From positions 1 to 48,740 of the forward strand of contig JAVRLX010000005.1 in assembly GCA_031960985.1 (NCBI GenBank): DNA of 48,740 bases, in the 5' to 3' direction. Below, piece after piece: positions 1 to 9,116 of the stretch. Every line of letters starts with the position of its first letter. The stretch's first letter is position 1. The stretch comes from Campylobacterales bacterium (lineage in GTDB: Bacteria; Campylobacterota; Campylobacteria; Campylobacterales; UBA6016). The position numbers and the translations under genes were made by a program. The notes under the pieces were generated by a model. That model had not been told where the DNA came from. It ran no database searches and saw only the letters and a program-made list of their open reading frames with translations.

Positions 1-146
1 ACTGCTTGGCTTTTTTAGCTTTGGAACCGAAGCCGATATGCGTTAGCATCGGCAAGGCTGTCCCTGCCATAAATACGGGCTTTCAAGGAAACATCGGCTA
101 CGCCGAGCGCTTCGCTTGTTTTGCTCGTATTTGTGCGTAACATCAG
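1..146 (+). mobile_element. MITE-like palindromic repeat, copy 1 (left end cut off by window start)
   Basis: Shares gtccctgcc..aaatacgggcttt and tgctcgtatttgtgc.taacatcag with 7373-7504, and tttcaaggaaacatcgg...gagcgcttcgcttgttttg with the reverse complement of 24092-24207. Confidence 0.8.
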
Positions 147-163
147 TTAAAAAGAGGAGGAAA

Positions 164-391
164 TTATTCTCCCTCTTTTTTTTCTTCCTTTTCTCTCGGC
201 GCTACTTTGCAAGCCGTATTAATACCAAGCAGTGAATAAAGGGCGCAAAATCTAAACACGCCAGTACCCATTACAATAAGCCCTATAATCGTCACTATAA
301 GACTGCTAATACCCACAGTTCCAACCAATACCAAAACAATCCCTATTGCAATTCTCGCATATCTATCGATACCACCGACATTTTGTTTCAT
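164..391 (-). CDS. YgaP/DUF2892 family small membrane protein
   Basis: MKQNVGGIDRYARI N-terminus, two TM helices, C-x-L-Y-x-L-L-G-I-N-T motif. Confidence 0.85.
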   Translation of the reverse strand: MKQNVGGIDRYARIAIGIVLVLVGTVGISSLIVTIIGLIVMGTGVFRFCALYSLLGINTACKVAPREKEEKKEGE

Positions 392-420
392 AAGAGCTCC
401 TTATTTTGAAAATCTATCAA

Positions 421-1059
421 TTATAACAAAAAAGAAAGTAAAAGATATGCAGGAAGCATAAAAAACTTTGAAAGAGGGGTTGCTAGCGCTATAATGAGTA
501 TAATCATCCCATACCTGCCGATTTTTTCGTTAAACTCATCAATTGCGGATGAGCCAAACTTCCTACCCAAAAACCCTAGAGCATTTGAACCATCAAGCGG
601 TGGAATCGGCCAAAGATTAAAAACTGCCAAAATAGTATTATATACTACTAGATAATAGAGAATCATTGCAAACAGGCTATAACCTTGCATAAAACCAAGA
701 AGTATCGATGCGCCAACAGCCATCAAAAGGTTGTATATTATTCCAGCCAAAGATACCGCTATCGCGCCGTTATAGCCGCCATTTCGGACAACCGTCCACA
801 TATTAATAGGCACCGGCTTTGCCCAGCCAAAAAGAAAAGGGGCGCCCGAGATAAAAAGCAGTAACGGAACAACTATAGTTCCTACCGGGTCTATATGCAC
901 GATTGGGTTTATACTAAGTCTTCCCTCATTTTTTGCAGTATTATCTCCATATCGGTACGCCACATAGCCATGCATTATCTCATGCCCTATGATGGCTATC
1001 ATCAAAGCCGCCACTATGGAGATGGCCTTAAATATATCGAACCCGCCAAAGTCAAACAT
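421..1059 (-). CDS. Site-2 protease family (M50) membrane metalloprotease
   Basis: HEIMH zinc motif and NLWPIPPLDG motif; hydrophobic. Confidence 0.93.
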   Translation of the reverse strand: MFDFGGFDIFKAISIVAALMIAIIGHEIMHGYVAYRYGDNTAKNEGRLSINPIVHIDPVGTIVVPLLLFISGAPFLFGWAKPVPINMWTVVRNGGYNGAIAVSLAGIIYNLLMAVGASILLGFMQGYSLFAMILYYLVVYNTILAVFNLWPIPPLDGSNALGFLGRKFGSSAIDEFNEKIGRYGMIILIIALATPLSKFFMLPAYLLLSFLL

Positions 1060-1920
1060 CTATTTTAGCTCACCCTCTAAAGTCTCTATCGTTTTGCCTA
1101 TCCTATTCCACCTAACTAGATAGTTATCATCCCAGCTAAAGTAGATAAACCAAGGTTTACCGACAACCTGCGAATAATTAACCGGCCCCCAATATCTACT
1201 GTCTGCGGAATTATCTCTATTGTCGCCCATCATAAAAAACTGATCATTTTTAAGGGTTACAGGGCCAAAAAAGTATTTTCTAAGCCTAACATCTTCGGCC
1301 TCTAACATCGTAAACGGCGTTTCATAGACAGGCTCTGTGCCCACCCTTGCAGAGTAATACGCAGATGGATCATAAAGTAGCTTGTCAAATTCTGAATCGC
1401 CGGAGTGTGCAGATATTTTTGGGTTATCGTAATGAATACCTTTGTGCTCATTTTGGTATGGGTTTTTTACCCACAGCTTACCGCCTATTGAGACTATCTC
1501 ATACCCTTTGAAGTTTGTCTTTGCATACTCATCGCCCTCTTTTGGATGCAAATACAGATCTTGATTGTGAAAAAATAGCTCATCGCCGCTTACCGCAACA
1601 CATCGTTTTACAAAATGCACTTTCTCATTTAGCGGATAACGAAATATAACTATATCCCCCCTTTTTGGACGCTCACCCTCGATTAGGTGTCCGTCGTGAT
1701 TTGGGATAAGCGGAATTTCTAGAAACGGAATGTGCGGAGTGGGAACGCCGTAAGCGAATTTTTTGACAAATAGGTGGTCGCCTATCAAAAGTGTTCTTAT
1801 CATTGAGCCAGACGGTATCACAAACGCCTGCGCCACAAAAAATATTACGAGAAGAACGATAATAATCGTACCTGTCCAACTATTGGAGAATTTGTAAAGT
1901 TTTAGTAGATTTTCTTTCAT
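1060..1920 (-). CDS. lepB: Signal peptidase I
   Basis: IPSGSM catalytic Ser, FVKRCVA Lys, GDNRDNSADSRYWG; start moved to ATG at 1920 (MKENLL), overlapping the folD stop. Confidence 0.95.
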   Translation of the reverse strand: MKENLLKLYKFSNSWTGTIIIVLLVIFFVAQAFVIPSGSMIRTLLIGDHLFVKKFAYGVPTPHIPFLEIPLIPNHDGHLIEGERPKRGDIVIFRYPLNEKVHFVKRCVAVSGDELFFHNQDLYLHPKEGDEYAKTNFKGYEIVSIGGKLWVKNPYQNEHKGIHYDNPKISAHSGDSEFDKLLYDPSAYYSARVGTEPVYETPFTMLEAEDVRLRKYFFGPVTLKNDQFFMMGDNRDNSADSRYWGPVNYSQVVGKPWFIYFSWDDNYLVRWNRIGKTIETLEGELK

Positions 1921-2756
1921 ATGCTTTTTGCGGCCTTTAGCGTATTTGATAGTAACATTGCAATGGTCATTGGACCTACCCCACCCGGTACTGGAGTAAT
2001 AAACGAGCATTTAGAGGCCAACTCATTAAAAGCAGTATCTCCAACAAGCTTATCGCCAACTCTATTGATACCTATGTCTACAACAACAGCGCCATCTTTG
2101 ACCATATCTGCGGTTATAAGATTTGGCTTACCTACGCCGACAAATACCATATCCGCTCTTTTTGTATGCTCTTTTAAATCTTTTGTAAATATGTGACATA
2201 TATCAACAGTTGCCCCAGCGTTTAAAAGGAGGCTCGCCATTGGTTTACCGACTATGTTACTAGCCCCTACTACCACGCAATCTTTCCCTTTTACATCTAT
2301 ATTATACTCGGACAAAAGTTCCATAACTCCAAGGGGAGTGCACGGCACAAAACCATCAAGTCCTGCCACCAATCTACCTAAATTAAAAGGGTGAAATCCA
2401 TCTACATCTTTTTGCGGGGCTATCGCTTCTAATATTTTCGTAGAGTCTACATGTTTTGGAAGCGGTAGTTGCACCAAAAGCCCATGTATCTTTGGATTAT
2501 CATTAATCATGCGTATCGTTGAGAGTATATCTGCTTCGGTTACAGTGCTTGGCATCTCATGCGTTACACTATATATACCTACCTCTTTGCATGCTTTTGC
2601 CTTCATAGACACATATGCATGGCTAGCGGGATCATCGCCGACAAGTATTACCGCAAGACCAGGGGTAACCCCTGTTTCTTCTATAAATTTTGCGGTCTCT
2701 TTTTTTAGATTTTCTTTTATTTTTGATGATAGTTTTTTACCGTCCAAAAGCTCCAC
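1917..2756 (-). CDS. folD: Bifunctional methylenetetrahydrofolate dehydrogenase/cyclohydrolase
   Basis: KDVDGFHP, PCTPLGV, GASNIVGKP, TPVPGGVGPMT motifs. Confidence 0.97.
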   Translation of the reverse strand: MELLDGKKLSSKIKENLKKETAKFIEETGVTPGLAVILVGDDPASHAYVSMKAKACKEVGIYSVTHEMPSTVTEADILSTIRMINDNPKIHGLLVQLPLPKHVDSTKILEAIAPQKDVDGFHPFNLGRLVAGLDGFVPCTPLGVMELLSEYNIDVKGKDCVVVGASNIVGKPMASLLLNAGATVDICHIFTKDLKEHTKRADMVFVGVGKPNLITADMVKDGAVVVDIGINRVGDKLVGDTAFNELASKCSFITPVPGGVGPMTIAMLLSNTLKAAKSI

Positions 2757-2819
2757 GAAACTCCTTTAAATCAAGCAATATTGCGATATTATAAGACAAT
2801 TTTGCTTTGAAGGCAGAGA

Positions 2820-3164
2820 TTGAAAAAGTCGCTTTTTGCCATTGTTTTGGCATATAGTTTTGCAAATGCAGAGTCATTTATAAACAACTATGAATATGGG
2901 GAGATGCTATATAAAAACCCTAGAGGCGTAGGATGCGATAGGTGCCATGGCAAATATGGGGAGGGTATGGAGCTAGGAAGTTATCAAAAAAATAACAAAA
3001 CAATTAAAATAGTAGCTCCAAAAATTTCGAAAAGCTCGTTTGAGGAGATAAAAAACTCTCTTAAGCAGAGTAGAAAAAGAAGTGTAATGCCAGAATATTT
3101 TTTGACAGATAGCGAGGTGGAGGCTTTGCTTTATTATCTAAAAAAGGTGAATGAAGAAAATTGA
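2820..3164 (+). CDS. Periplasmic monoheme c-type cytochrome
   Basis: Signal peptide, CDRCH heme motif, distal Met in VMPEY; divergent from folD. Confidence 0.88.
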   Translation: MKKSLFAIVLAYSFANAESFINNYEYGEMLYKNPRGVGCDRCHGKYGEGMELGSYQKNNKTIKIVAPKISKSSFEEIKNSLKQSRKRSVMPEYFLTDSEVEALLYYLKKVNEEN

Positions 3165-3192
3165 ATTTAGACGGTTTTGACACCGTCTAAAT
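3165..3192. terminator. Bidirectional intrinsic terminator-like hairpin between convergent genes
   Basis: Perfect 11-bp stem atttagacggt / accgtctaaat. Confidence 0.7.
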
Positions 3193-3197
3193 ATTGA

Positions 3198-3506
3198 TTA
3201 CTTTTTTTTAGCCTTTGTCGCAGGAGCTTTTTTGCCGGCAACCGCTTCTTTAAGTTTAGCGCCTACTTTGAAAGTAACAGCTTTTGTCTCAGGTATCTGG
3301 ATAGTTTGACCAGTGCCAGGATTTCTACCTGTTCTTGCAGGTCTAGTAACCGATTTGAAAGTACCAAAACCTATAAAAGGGACATCTTGTCCTTTCGCTA
3401 GGCTCTCGCTGATTACTGCAAGTATTGCGTTTAGATTCGCTTCAGAATCTTTTTTTGAAGTACCTGCTTTTGCAGCAACCATAGAGATAAATTCTGCCTT
3501 ATTCAT
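3198..3506 (-). CDS. hup: HU family DNA-binding protein
   Basis: MNKAEFI start, GFGTF, RPARTGRNPGTG; short Lys/Ala/Pro tail; start moved to ATG at 3506. Confidence 0.95.
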   Translation of the reverse strand: MNKAEFISMVAAKAGTSKKDSEANLNAILAVISESLAKGQDVPFIGFGTFKSVTRPARTGRNPGTGQTIQIPETKAVTFKVGAKLKEAVAGKKAPATKAKKK

Positions 3507-3654
3507 AGGGCGTCTCCTCTGTAAATTAATGTAATGCACTTATATTCTAGCATAAAAACCAATGAAATCAAGTGGTTAGAGCAAAAAATTTATACAAAAT
3601 AGTAATAAATTAGCTCTTTTTAAGTAAATATTAAGCAAAAATTTACGGTTACCG

Positions 3655-3840
3655 CTATTTTTTACCGCTTGCTTTCCCTTTTTTATTCAAAAAAGCCTTT
3701 ATTGCGCTAGCCCCTTTATACATAGGCTCCAGTTTTTTGAGAGTGTCCAAATCATCTATAGACTCTTCCCTTTCAACTTTTTTTTCTTTTTGAGGTTTTA
3801 TAATCTCCCCTTTTGCATACTCTTCATCATTGTCTATCAT
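3655..3840 (-). CDS. Small charged hypothetical protein
   Basis: 61-aa ORF with AAGGAGG upstream, co-oriented downstream of hypA. Confidence 0.55.
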   Translation of the reverse strand: MIDNDEEYAKGEIIKPQKEKKVEREESIDDLDTLKKLEPMYKGASAIKAFLNKKGKASGKK

Positions 3841-3881
3841 AGCAAGGCGCCCTCCTTAGGTGGTCTTAAATATGGGCTTTA

Positions 3882-4223
3882 TTATTCAATTTCCAAACTT
3901 AAAAGTAAAAGTTCATCCCCGCTTGTTAACTTTGTATCGGTTGAGCCGCATTTTGGGCACAAAAAATTGGTCATAGTCGGAACAAAATCGGCAGAGCAAT
4001 CAAAACACTTAGCTTTTAGTGGAATCCTTTGAATCTCCATTACCGCGCTCTGGGCTATTGTCTCTAATTTAAATGTATCAAACGCAGTTTTTAGTAGTTG
4101 CGGCTCAACAGAGCTTAACTCCCCTATCCCAACTACGACTTTGTGTACTTTTGTAGCATTATTTGCAGCTGCATTTTGCTCGCATAAATCAAGCAAATTT
4201 TGAACTATAGAATACTCATGCAT
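3882..4223 (-). CDS. hypA: Hydrogenase nickel metallochaperone HypA
   Basis: MHEYS start, two CxxC motifs. Confidence 0.96.
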   Translation of the reverse strand: MHEYSIVQNLLDLCEQNAAANNATKVHKVVVGIGELSSVEPQLLKTAFDTFKLETIAQSAVMEIQRIPLKAKCFDCSADFVPTMTNFLCPKCGSTDTKLTSGDELLLLSLEIE

Positions 4224-5218
4224 TAGCAGATTCTCGGAAGTAGTTCGCCGCTAGGATACTCCAAAATCCTTCGTGTCCCATAGCCATTTTTTAGCGCCAC
4301 TCTATTTTTGCCATCATTTACGACCTCTCCAACTAAGGCGGCATTTTTTGTAAACTCTTCGCTTTTTAGGATATTTAATATCTCATCTTCACCACTTCGC
4401 ACAGCTATTACAAAAGTCCCCTCATTTGCAAGGCTAAAAGGCTCAAACCCCAAAAGCTCGCATACCCCTGCCACCTCAGGTAAAACTGTAAACGACTCCT
4501 CTACAATCTCCATTGAGACATTAGAGCTTACACACCACTCATTTAATACCGCCGCCACGCCCCCACGAGTCGCATCCCTCATAGCTACAATTTTGGCATT
4601 TGAGTTGATTAGTTTTTGAACGGTAGGCCACATAGATGCGCAGTCGCTCTTGAGGGCGCTTACTAACTCTATTCCTTCCCTTGCTGAAAATATAGTAGCG
4701 CCATGTTCGCCTATGCTTCTTGAAACTATTATTTTATCGCCGGCTTTTAGATTTTTTGAACTAAGCCCATCAAGGATTACTTCGCCAACGGCAGAGGTGT
4801 TAATAAATATTTTATCCACACTCCCTCTAGGGGCTATTTTTGTGTCACCCGTTACCACCATCGCGCCGTTAACAATTAACTCTTTTGCGATAGAGTCGGC
4901 TATTCGCTCCAAATCTTGAAACTCAAACCCCTCTTCAATAATTAGCGAAAGAGATAAATATTTTGGTTTTGCCCCCATCATTGCAAGATCGTTACAACTG
5001 CCGCATACCGCTATCTTGCCGATGTCGCCCCCTGCAAAAAATATCGGACTGACTATGAAACTATCGGTCGTAAAAGCTGTTTTTCCCTCTATCTTAAATA
5101 CGGCGGCATCTTCGCTATCAAGCAAAATATCATTTTTAAGCCTTGAGAAAAAAACTTCGTTTATTAATTTATTGGATTCTACGCCGCCGCTTCCATGCGC
5201 CAAAGTTATTTTTTTCAT
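4223..5218 (-). CDS. hypE: Hydrogenase maturation protein HypE
   Basis: LAHGSGG start, DATRGG, C-terminal LPRIC. Confidence 0.97.
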   Translation of the reverse strand: MKKITLAHGSGGVESNKLINEVFFSRLKNDILLDSEDAAVFKIEGKTAFTTDSFIVSPIFFAGGDIGKIAVCGSCNDLAMMGAKPKYLSLSLIIEEGFEFQDLERIADSIAKELIVNGAMVVTGDTKIAPRGSVDKIFINTSAVGEVILDGLSSKNLKAGDKIIVSRSIGEHGATIFSAREGIELVSALKSDCASMWPTVQKLINSNAKIVAMRDATRGGVAAVLNEWCVSSNVSMEIVEESFTVLPEVAGVCELLGFEPFSLANEGTFVIAVRSGEDEILNILKSEEFTKNAALVGEVVNDGKNRVALKNGYGTRRILEYPSGELLPRIC

Positions 5219-6342
5219 ATGGATTTTCCGTATTTAAAATAAGCCGCACAAGCCCCTTCAGAACTTACCATGCAAGATCCTAGTGGCGAGGATGGGGTGC
5301 AAGCTTTTCCAAAAACTTTGCAATCATAAGGTTTTGCCTTCCCTTTTAGCACCTCTCCACATATGCAAGCTTTGTGGTCTTCCGAAGAGTCTTTAGGTAA
5401 TACATCCTTAAACACCTTGTATGCGTCAAAATGGGCAAATTCCTTTTTGATACGAAGGGAGCTTTTTGGAATAGCCCCAATGCCCCGCCAAATAAAAAAA
5501 TCATCAACCTCCATATATCTCTCTATTAGCTCTTTTGCTTTTGGATTTGGCTTTGTGCTAACACTTCTTGTGTATTCTACCTCCACTTCGGCTTTGCCTT
5601 CTATTTTTTGTGCAACAATCATATCAATTGCGTGCATAATATCAACTGGCTCAAATCCGCCGACAACTATCGGTACTCTATATTTTTTGGCTATTGGCTC
5701 ATAAATTTTGGAACCCGTAATAACGCTCACATGCGCTGGAGCTAAAAACGCATTCACTTTTGTCTCAGTATCATCCATTATTGCACACATCGGCTCTGGC
5801 ACTGTTACATGGTTGATTGCATAATATATATTTGTTAGCCCTTGTTTAATAGCCCTATCCATCAAAGCGGCAGTCATTGGTGTGGTAGTCTCAAAACCTA
5901 TTGCAAAATATATAACTTTTTTTTGTGGGTTTTCAGTGGCGATTTTGAGAATTTCTGCCGGAGAGTAAACAAAGCGAACATCAGCCCCCTCGCCTCTAAC
6001 CTCTGAAAGCGACTGCTTAGAACCCGGCACTCGTATCATATCCCCTAAAGTCACAAGTATCGTATTATCCATCTTGGATAGCGCTATCGCGGCATCTATC
6101 CTATTTTTTGGCATTATACACACCGGACAGCCCGGACCGTGAACAAACTCGATATTTTCAGGCATCATTTGATTAATGCCATATTTCATAATGGTATGCG
6201 TATGCCCGCCGCACACCTCCATAATATAGAGCTTCTCTTTTAGTTTTTTGGCCTCTTTTGTTATCTTTTGCTTTAGCGCAAAAATCGTCTCTTTATCCCT
6301 AAAACCATCAAAAAGAACTGAAAAATCAATAGAATTACTCAC
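5215..6342 (-). CDS. hypD: Hydrogenase maturation protein HypD
   Basis: MEVCGGHTH, GPGCPVC, GFETT, CMVSSEGAC. Confidence 0.97.
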   Translation of the reverse strand: MSNSIDFSVLFDGFRDKETIFALKQKITKEAKKLKEKLYIMEVCGGHTHTIMKYGINQMMPENIEFVHGPGCPVCIMPKNRIDAAIALSKMDNTILVTLGDMIRVPGSKQSLSEVRGEGADVRFVYSPAEILKIATENPQKKVIYFAIGFETTTPMTAALMDRAIKQGLTNIYYAINHVTVPEPMCAIMDDTETKVNAFLAPAHVSVITGSKIYEPIAKKYRVPIVVGGFEPVDIMHAIDMIVAQKIEGKAEVEVEYTRSVSTKPNPKAKELIERYMEVDDFFIWRGIGAIPKSSLRIKKEFAHFDAYKVFKDVLPKDSSEDHKACICGEVLKGKAKPYDCKVFGKACTPSSPLGSCMVSSEGACAAYFKYGKSI

Positions 6343-6592
6343 CTATAGCCTCTTGTCTCTCTTCTTCATCCATCTGGGCAATTATTTCCTTGAAGGTTTC
6401 GATACTAAGTAGGGCGCTCTCTTCATCAATTTTGTTAATTGCATAACCTATGTGAATTAGTACATAATCACCGACTTTTACCTCTTCCGGCATCAAATCA
6501 AGGCTAACAACCCTTTTGACGCCAAGTGTATCGACAGTCGCCATATTGTCTGCTTCAAGTGAGATTACTTTTGAAGGAATGGAAAGACACAT
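6335..6592 (-). CDS. hypC: Hydrogenase chaperone HypC
   Basis: MCLSIP start, VGDYVLIHIG. Confidence 0.96.
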   Translation of the reverse strand: MCLSIPSKVISLEADNMATVDTLGVKRVVSLDLMPEEVKVGDYVLIHIGYAINKIDEESALLSIETFKEIIAQMDEEERQEAIGE

Positions 6593-6594
6593 AA

Positions 6595-7350
6595 TTAACC
6601 CCTAAGCTCTTTTTTCATTTTTAGATAATTTATCCATTTTTGTATGCTTGCATTATCTTTTGTAGAAACCTCCAAAATGTCAGCTTTTGGATTTAAGCGT
6701 CTCGCATCCCTTTTTGCGCCTTCAAGGTCAAAATCAAAATAAGGCAGTAAATCGCACTTTGTAAAGACGATAAGGTCTGCCGCACGAAACATTACCGGAT
6801 ACTTTTGGATTTTATCAGCGCCTTCGGGAATAGACAATAAAACCACATTTATATGCGCCCCAAGGTCGTAACTTGCAGGACAAACTAAATTTCCTACATT
6901 TTCGATAAATACTATATCAACATCATTAATAGGCAATTCATGCAAGGCGTGGTGCACCATGTGAGCGTCAAGATGACACGCCGTGCCGGTCGTGATTTGA
7001 TAGGCAAGGGCCCCTTTGGCTTGTATCCTCTCTGCATCTTTGTTAGTCTCAAGGTCACCCTCTATAACCGCAATTTTTAGACCCCCGTTTTCTATCGTTT
7101 TTTCTAGCAGGCTAGTTTTGCCACTTCCGGGAGAGCTCATAAGGTTTACCGCTAGTACTTCGGCTTCATTAAAATGCTCTCTGTTTCCGGCGGCCTCTTT
7201 ATCGTTTTCATCTAATATTTTTGTAATAACCGCTACCACTTTTTTGTCACTAAGTTGTGGGTTTTGGTGTAAATGCTCATGGTGATGATGGTCATGGACA
7301 TGATCGTGATGATGGGTATCTTTTATAGTGCATCCGCAATCTTTACACAT
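6595..7350 (-). CDS. hypB: Hydrogenase nickel incorporation GTPase HypB
   Basis: MCKDCGC start, His-rich stretch, SSPGSGKT, CHLDA, ENVGNLVCP; start moved to ATG at 7350. Confidence 0.96.
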   Translation of the reverse strand: MCKDCGCTIKDTHHHDHVHDHHHHEHLHQNPQLSDKKVVAVITKILDENDKEAAGNREHFNEAEVLAVNLMSSPGSGKTSLLEKTIENGGLKIAVIEGDLETNKDAERIQAKGALAYQITTGTACHLDAHMVHHALHELPINDVDIVFIENVGNLVCPASYDLGAHINVVLLSIPEGADKIQKYPVMFRAADLIVFTKCDLLPYFDFDLEGAKRDARRLNPKADILEVSTKDNASIQKWINYLKMKKELRG

Positions 7351-7372
7351 TGTCAAATCCTTATTAGTTTAA

Positions 7373-7504
7373 CTGACCTTACGCACTAAAAGTGCGTAAG
7401 AACATCTTTCTCTCCTGCGAAGCAGGTAGCTTTAGGGGGTTGCAAGGGACATTTATGTCCCTGCCGCAAATACGGGCTTTGCTCGTATTTGTGCATAACA
7501 TCAG
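7373..7504 (+). mobile_element. MITE-like element, complete copy, 132 bp, with 9-bp target-site duplication
   Basis: Imperfect terminal IRs ctgaccttacgcac / gtgcataacatcag; direct repeat ttagtttaa at 7364-7372 and 7505-7513; four internal hairpins. Confidence 0.85.
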
Positions 7505-7515
7505 TTAGTTTAATT

Positions 7516-8283
7516 TTAATTCCAATTATGGGCATGCAAGTGCTCGTGTAATATGTCATTATGCATATGTTTATGTGAGTGCAAAAGCCCAGCATCTAAC
7601 ATTAGTTTTTTATCGTTTAAAAACTCATCCGTTTTACCATCAAACACTATTTTGCCCTCCCTCATAACTATTGCTCTCTTGCCAAGCTCGGATGCAAGCG
7701 ATAAATTATGTGTAGCCGTAAGGCAAGTAAAATTTGATGCCTCTAACATCTCAACAAGTCTTGCTGTCCAAAAAGGGTCAAGCGACGAGGTTGGCTCATC
7801 CAAAAGGAGCACATCTGGAGATAATGCAAAAAGACAAGCAAGCGCCCCCCTTTGTTTCTCGCCCCCGCTTAAATTAAAAGCAAGCTCATCTAATTTATCT
7901 TCAAGGCCAAACATATTTGCCGCATGCATTACTCTACTACTCATATCTAAAATCCCAAATCTAGCCGGAGAAAACGCTATATCTTCATATAGGTTTTTGC
8001 AAAAAAACATCACTTCGTAATTTTGAAATAATAGTCCACATTTTTGCCTAAAATCTTTTTCAAACTGCTTAGTAAAAGTTTTTTTTTCTATTTTTTTACC
8101 ATTAAAATAAAAATCTCCAGATTTTGCAAAGTAAAGCCCATTTAAAATCTTTAAAAGGGTAGTTTTGCCGCTTCCATTGAGACCCAAAAGGACAACCTTC
8201 TCCTCTCTTTTAATCTCAAAAGATAGGTTATCTATTACCTTTTTGCCATCTCTTTCAAAAGTTAAATTCTCTACCTTAAGCAC
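7516..8283 (-). CDS. ECF nickel/cobalt transporter ATPase (NikO/CbiO)
   Basis: GLNGSGKT, LSGGEKQR, LLLDEPT; His-rich C-terminal tail. Confidence 0.9.
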   Translation of the reverse strand: MLKVENLTFERDGKKVIDNLSFEIKREEKVVLLGLNGSGKTTLLKILNGLYFAKSGDFYFNGKKIEKKTFTKQFEKDFRQKCGLLFQNYEVMFFCKNLYEDIAFSPARFGILDMSSRVMHAANMFGLEDKLDELAFNLSGGEKQRGALACLFALSPDVLLLDEPTSSLDPFWTARLVEMLEASNFTCLTATHNLSLASELGKRAIVMREGKIVFDGKTDEFLNDKKLMLDAGLLHSHKHMHNDILHEHLHAHNWN

Positions 8284-8833
8284 TTTGCCCCCTTGATCTT
8301 AGGGCCTCAGCACTTGCATGAAATCCCTCTATGCTTTTTAGTAATAGTGCGGTAACTAGTACTGATAAAAGCCAAATAGCCTCTTTTGTGCCCTCTATCC
8401 TAAGCCCTCTGCTTTTAGCGGCCTCGTTAAACTCGATCATCTCTTTTTTAAGGCTCTCTATTTTTGAAAATAGCATTACAAAAAAGATGGAGAGTTCGTT
8501 TTTAAATGAAAAAATATTCACAATTCCGATTCTATCAACAAGCGAAAGGGTCAAAAAAACGGTCGTAAATGATCTGCAAAATAGCGTTGCAATATGAAGC
8601 AAATCCAGCTCTGCATTCAAAAATACAAAACTACCAATAGCGCCCAAAAGGGTTAGCCCGCTAAAAAATACTACTGCAAAAAAAGATCTTAAAAATATAA
8701 CCTTCCTGCGCCCTTTTTGAAGTATTAAAAAAGATAAGAGGGTAACAAGCGCAAAAAACAAAAAATTAACAGATATACTCAAATATACCAAAGTAGCGGC
8801 ATATGCTGCCGCTAACACTTTATTTTTGTACAC
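8276..8833 (-). CDS. ECF transporter T component (NikQ/CbiQ)
   Basis: Multi-TM; two Arg-Gly motifs (AAKSRG, ALRSRG). Confidence 0.85.
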   Translation of the reverse strand: MYKNKVLAAAYAATLVYLSISVNFLFFALVTLLSFLILQKGRRKVIFLRSFFAVVFFSGLTLLGAIGSFVFLNAELDLLHIATLFCRSFTTVFLTLSLVDRIGIVNIFSFKNELSIFFVMLFSKIESLKKEMIEFNEAAKSRGLRIEGTKEAIWLLSVLVTALLLKSIEGFHASAEALRSRGQSA

Positions 8834-9116
8834 GAGCCATCTTTTTTAAGGCATAAAAAAAGGTTATTACAATAATAGAGCCAAGGGCGGCGCTAAATAT
8901 ATATCCACCAATCTCTCCAAGAGGGGCAAATGTGTAATCTGCAAAAGGGGCTTCAAACCATGAGCCATTCTTAATCCCTTCCGGCACAAAACCAAACATC
9001 TTTTGCATCTCCTCTGCGCTCCACTCGCCCCATGCCGGATTTTCGGTAATAAGCCCAAGAGGGGTTAAAACTATTAGTATTACAAGGGCAATAATGAGTT
9101 TTTTGTAATTATTCAT
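8820..9116 (-). CDS. NikN-like auxiliary component (PDGLE-type)
   Basis: Two TM helices around AWGEW...APFADY; sits between the M and Q components. Confidence 0.8.
   Translation of the reverse strand: MNNYKKLIIALVILIVLTPLGLITENPAWGEWSAEEMQKMFGFVPEGIKNGSWFEAPFADYTFAPLGEIGGYIFSAALGSIIVITFFYALKKMARVQK

Noticed and set aside
7373-7504. Nextera/Tn5 mosaic-end artefact as the source of the IS50-like ends and 9-bp duplication
   Set aside because: The ends differ from CTGTCTCTTATACACATCT at several positions, enclose structured sequence, and recur in diverged copies.
7373-7504. Nickel/cobalt or cobalamin riboswitch
   Set aside because: It lies downstream of the transporter, has TIRs and a TSD, and related copies sit beside unrelated genes.
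7386-7595. 69-aa ORF on the minus strand
   Set aside because: Chance ORF running across the nikO end and the MITE.
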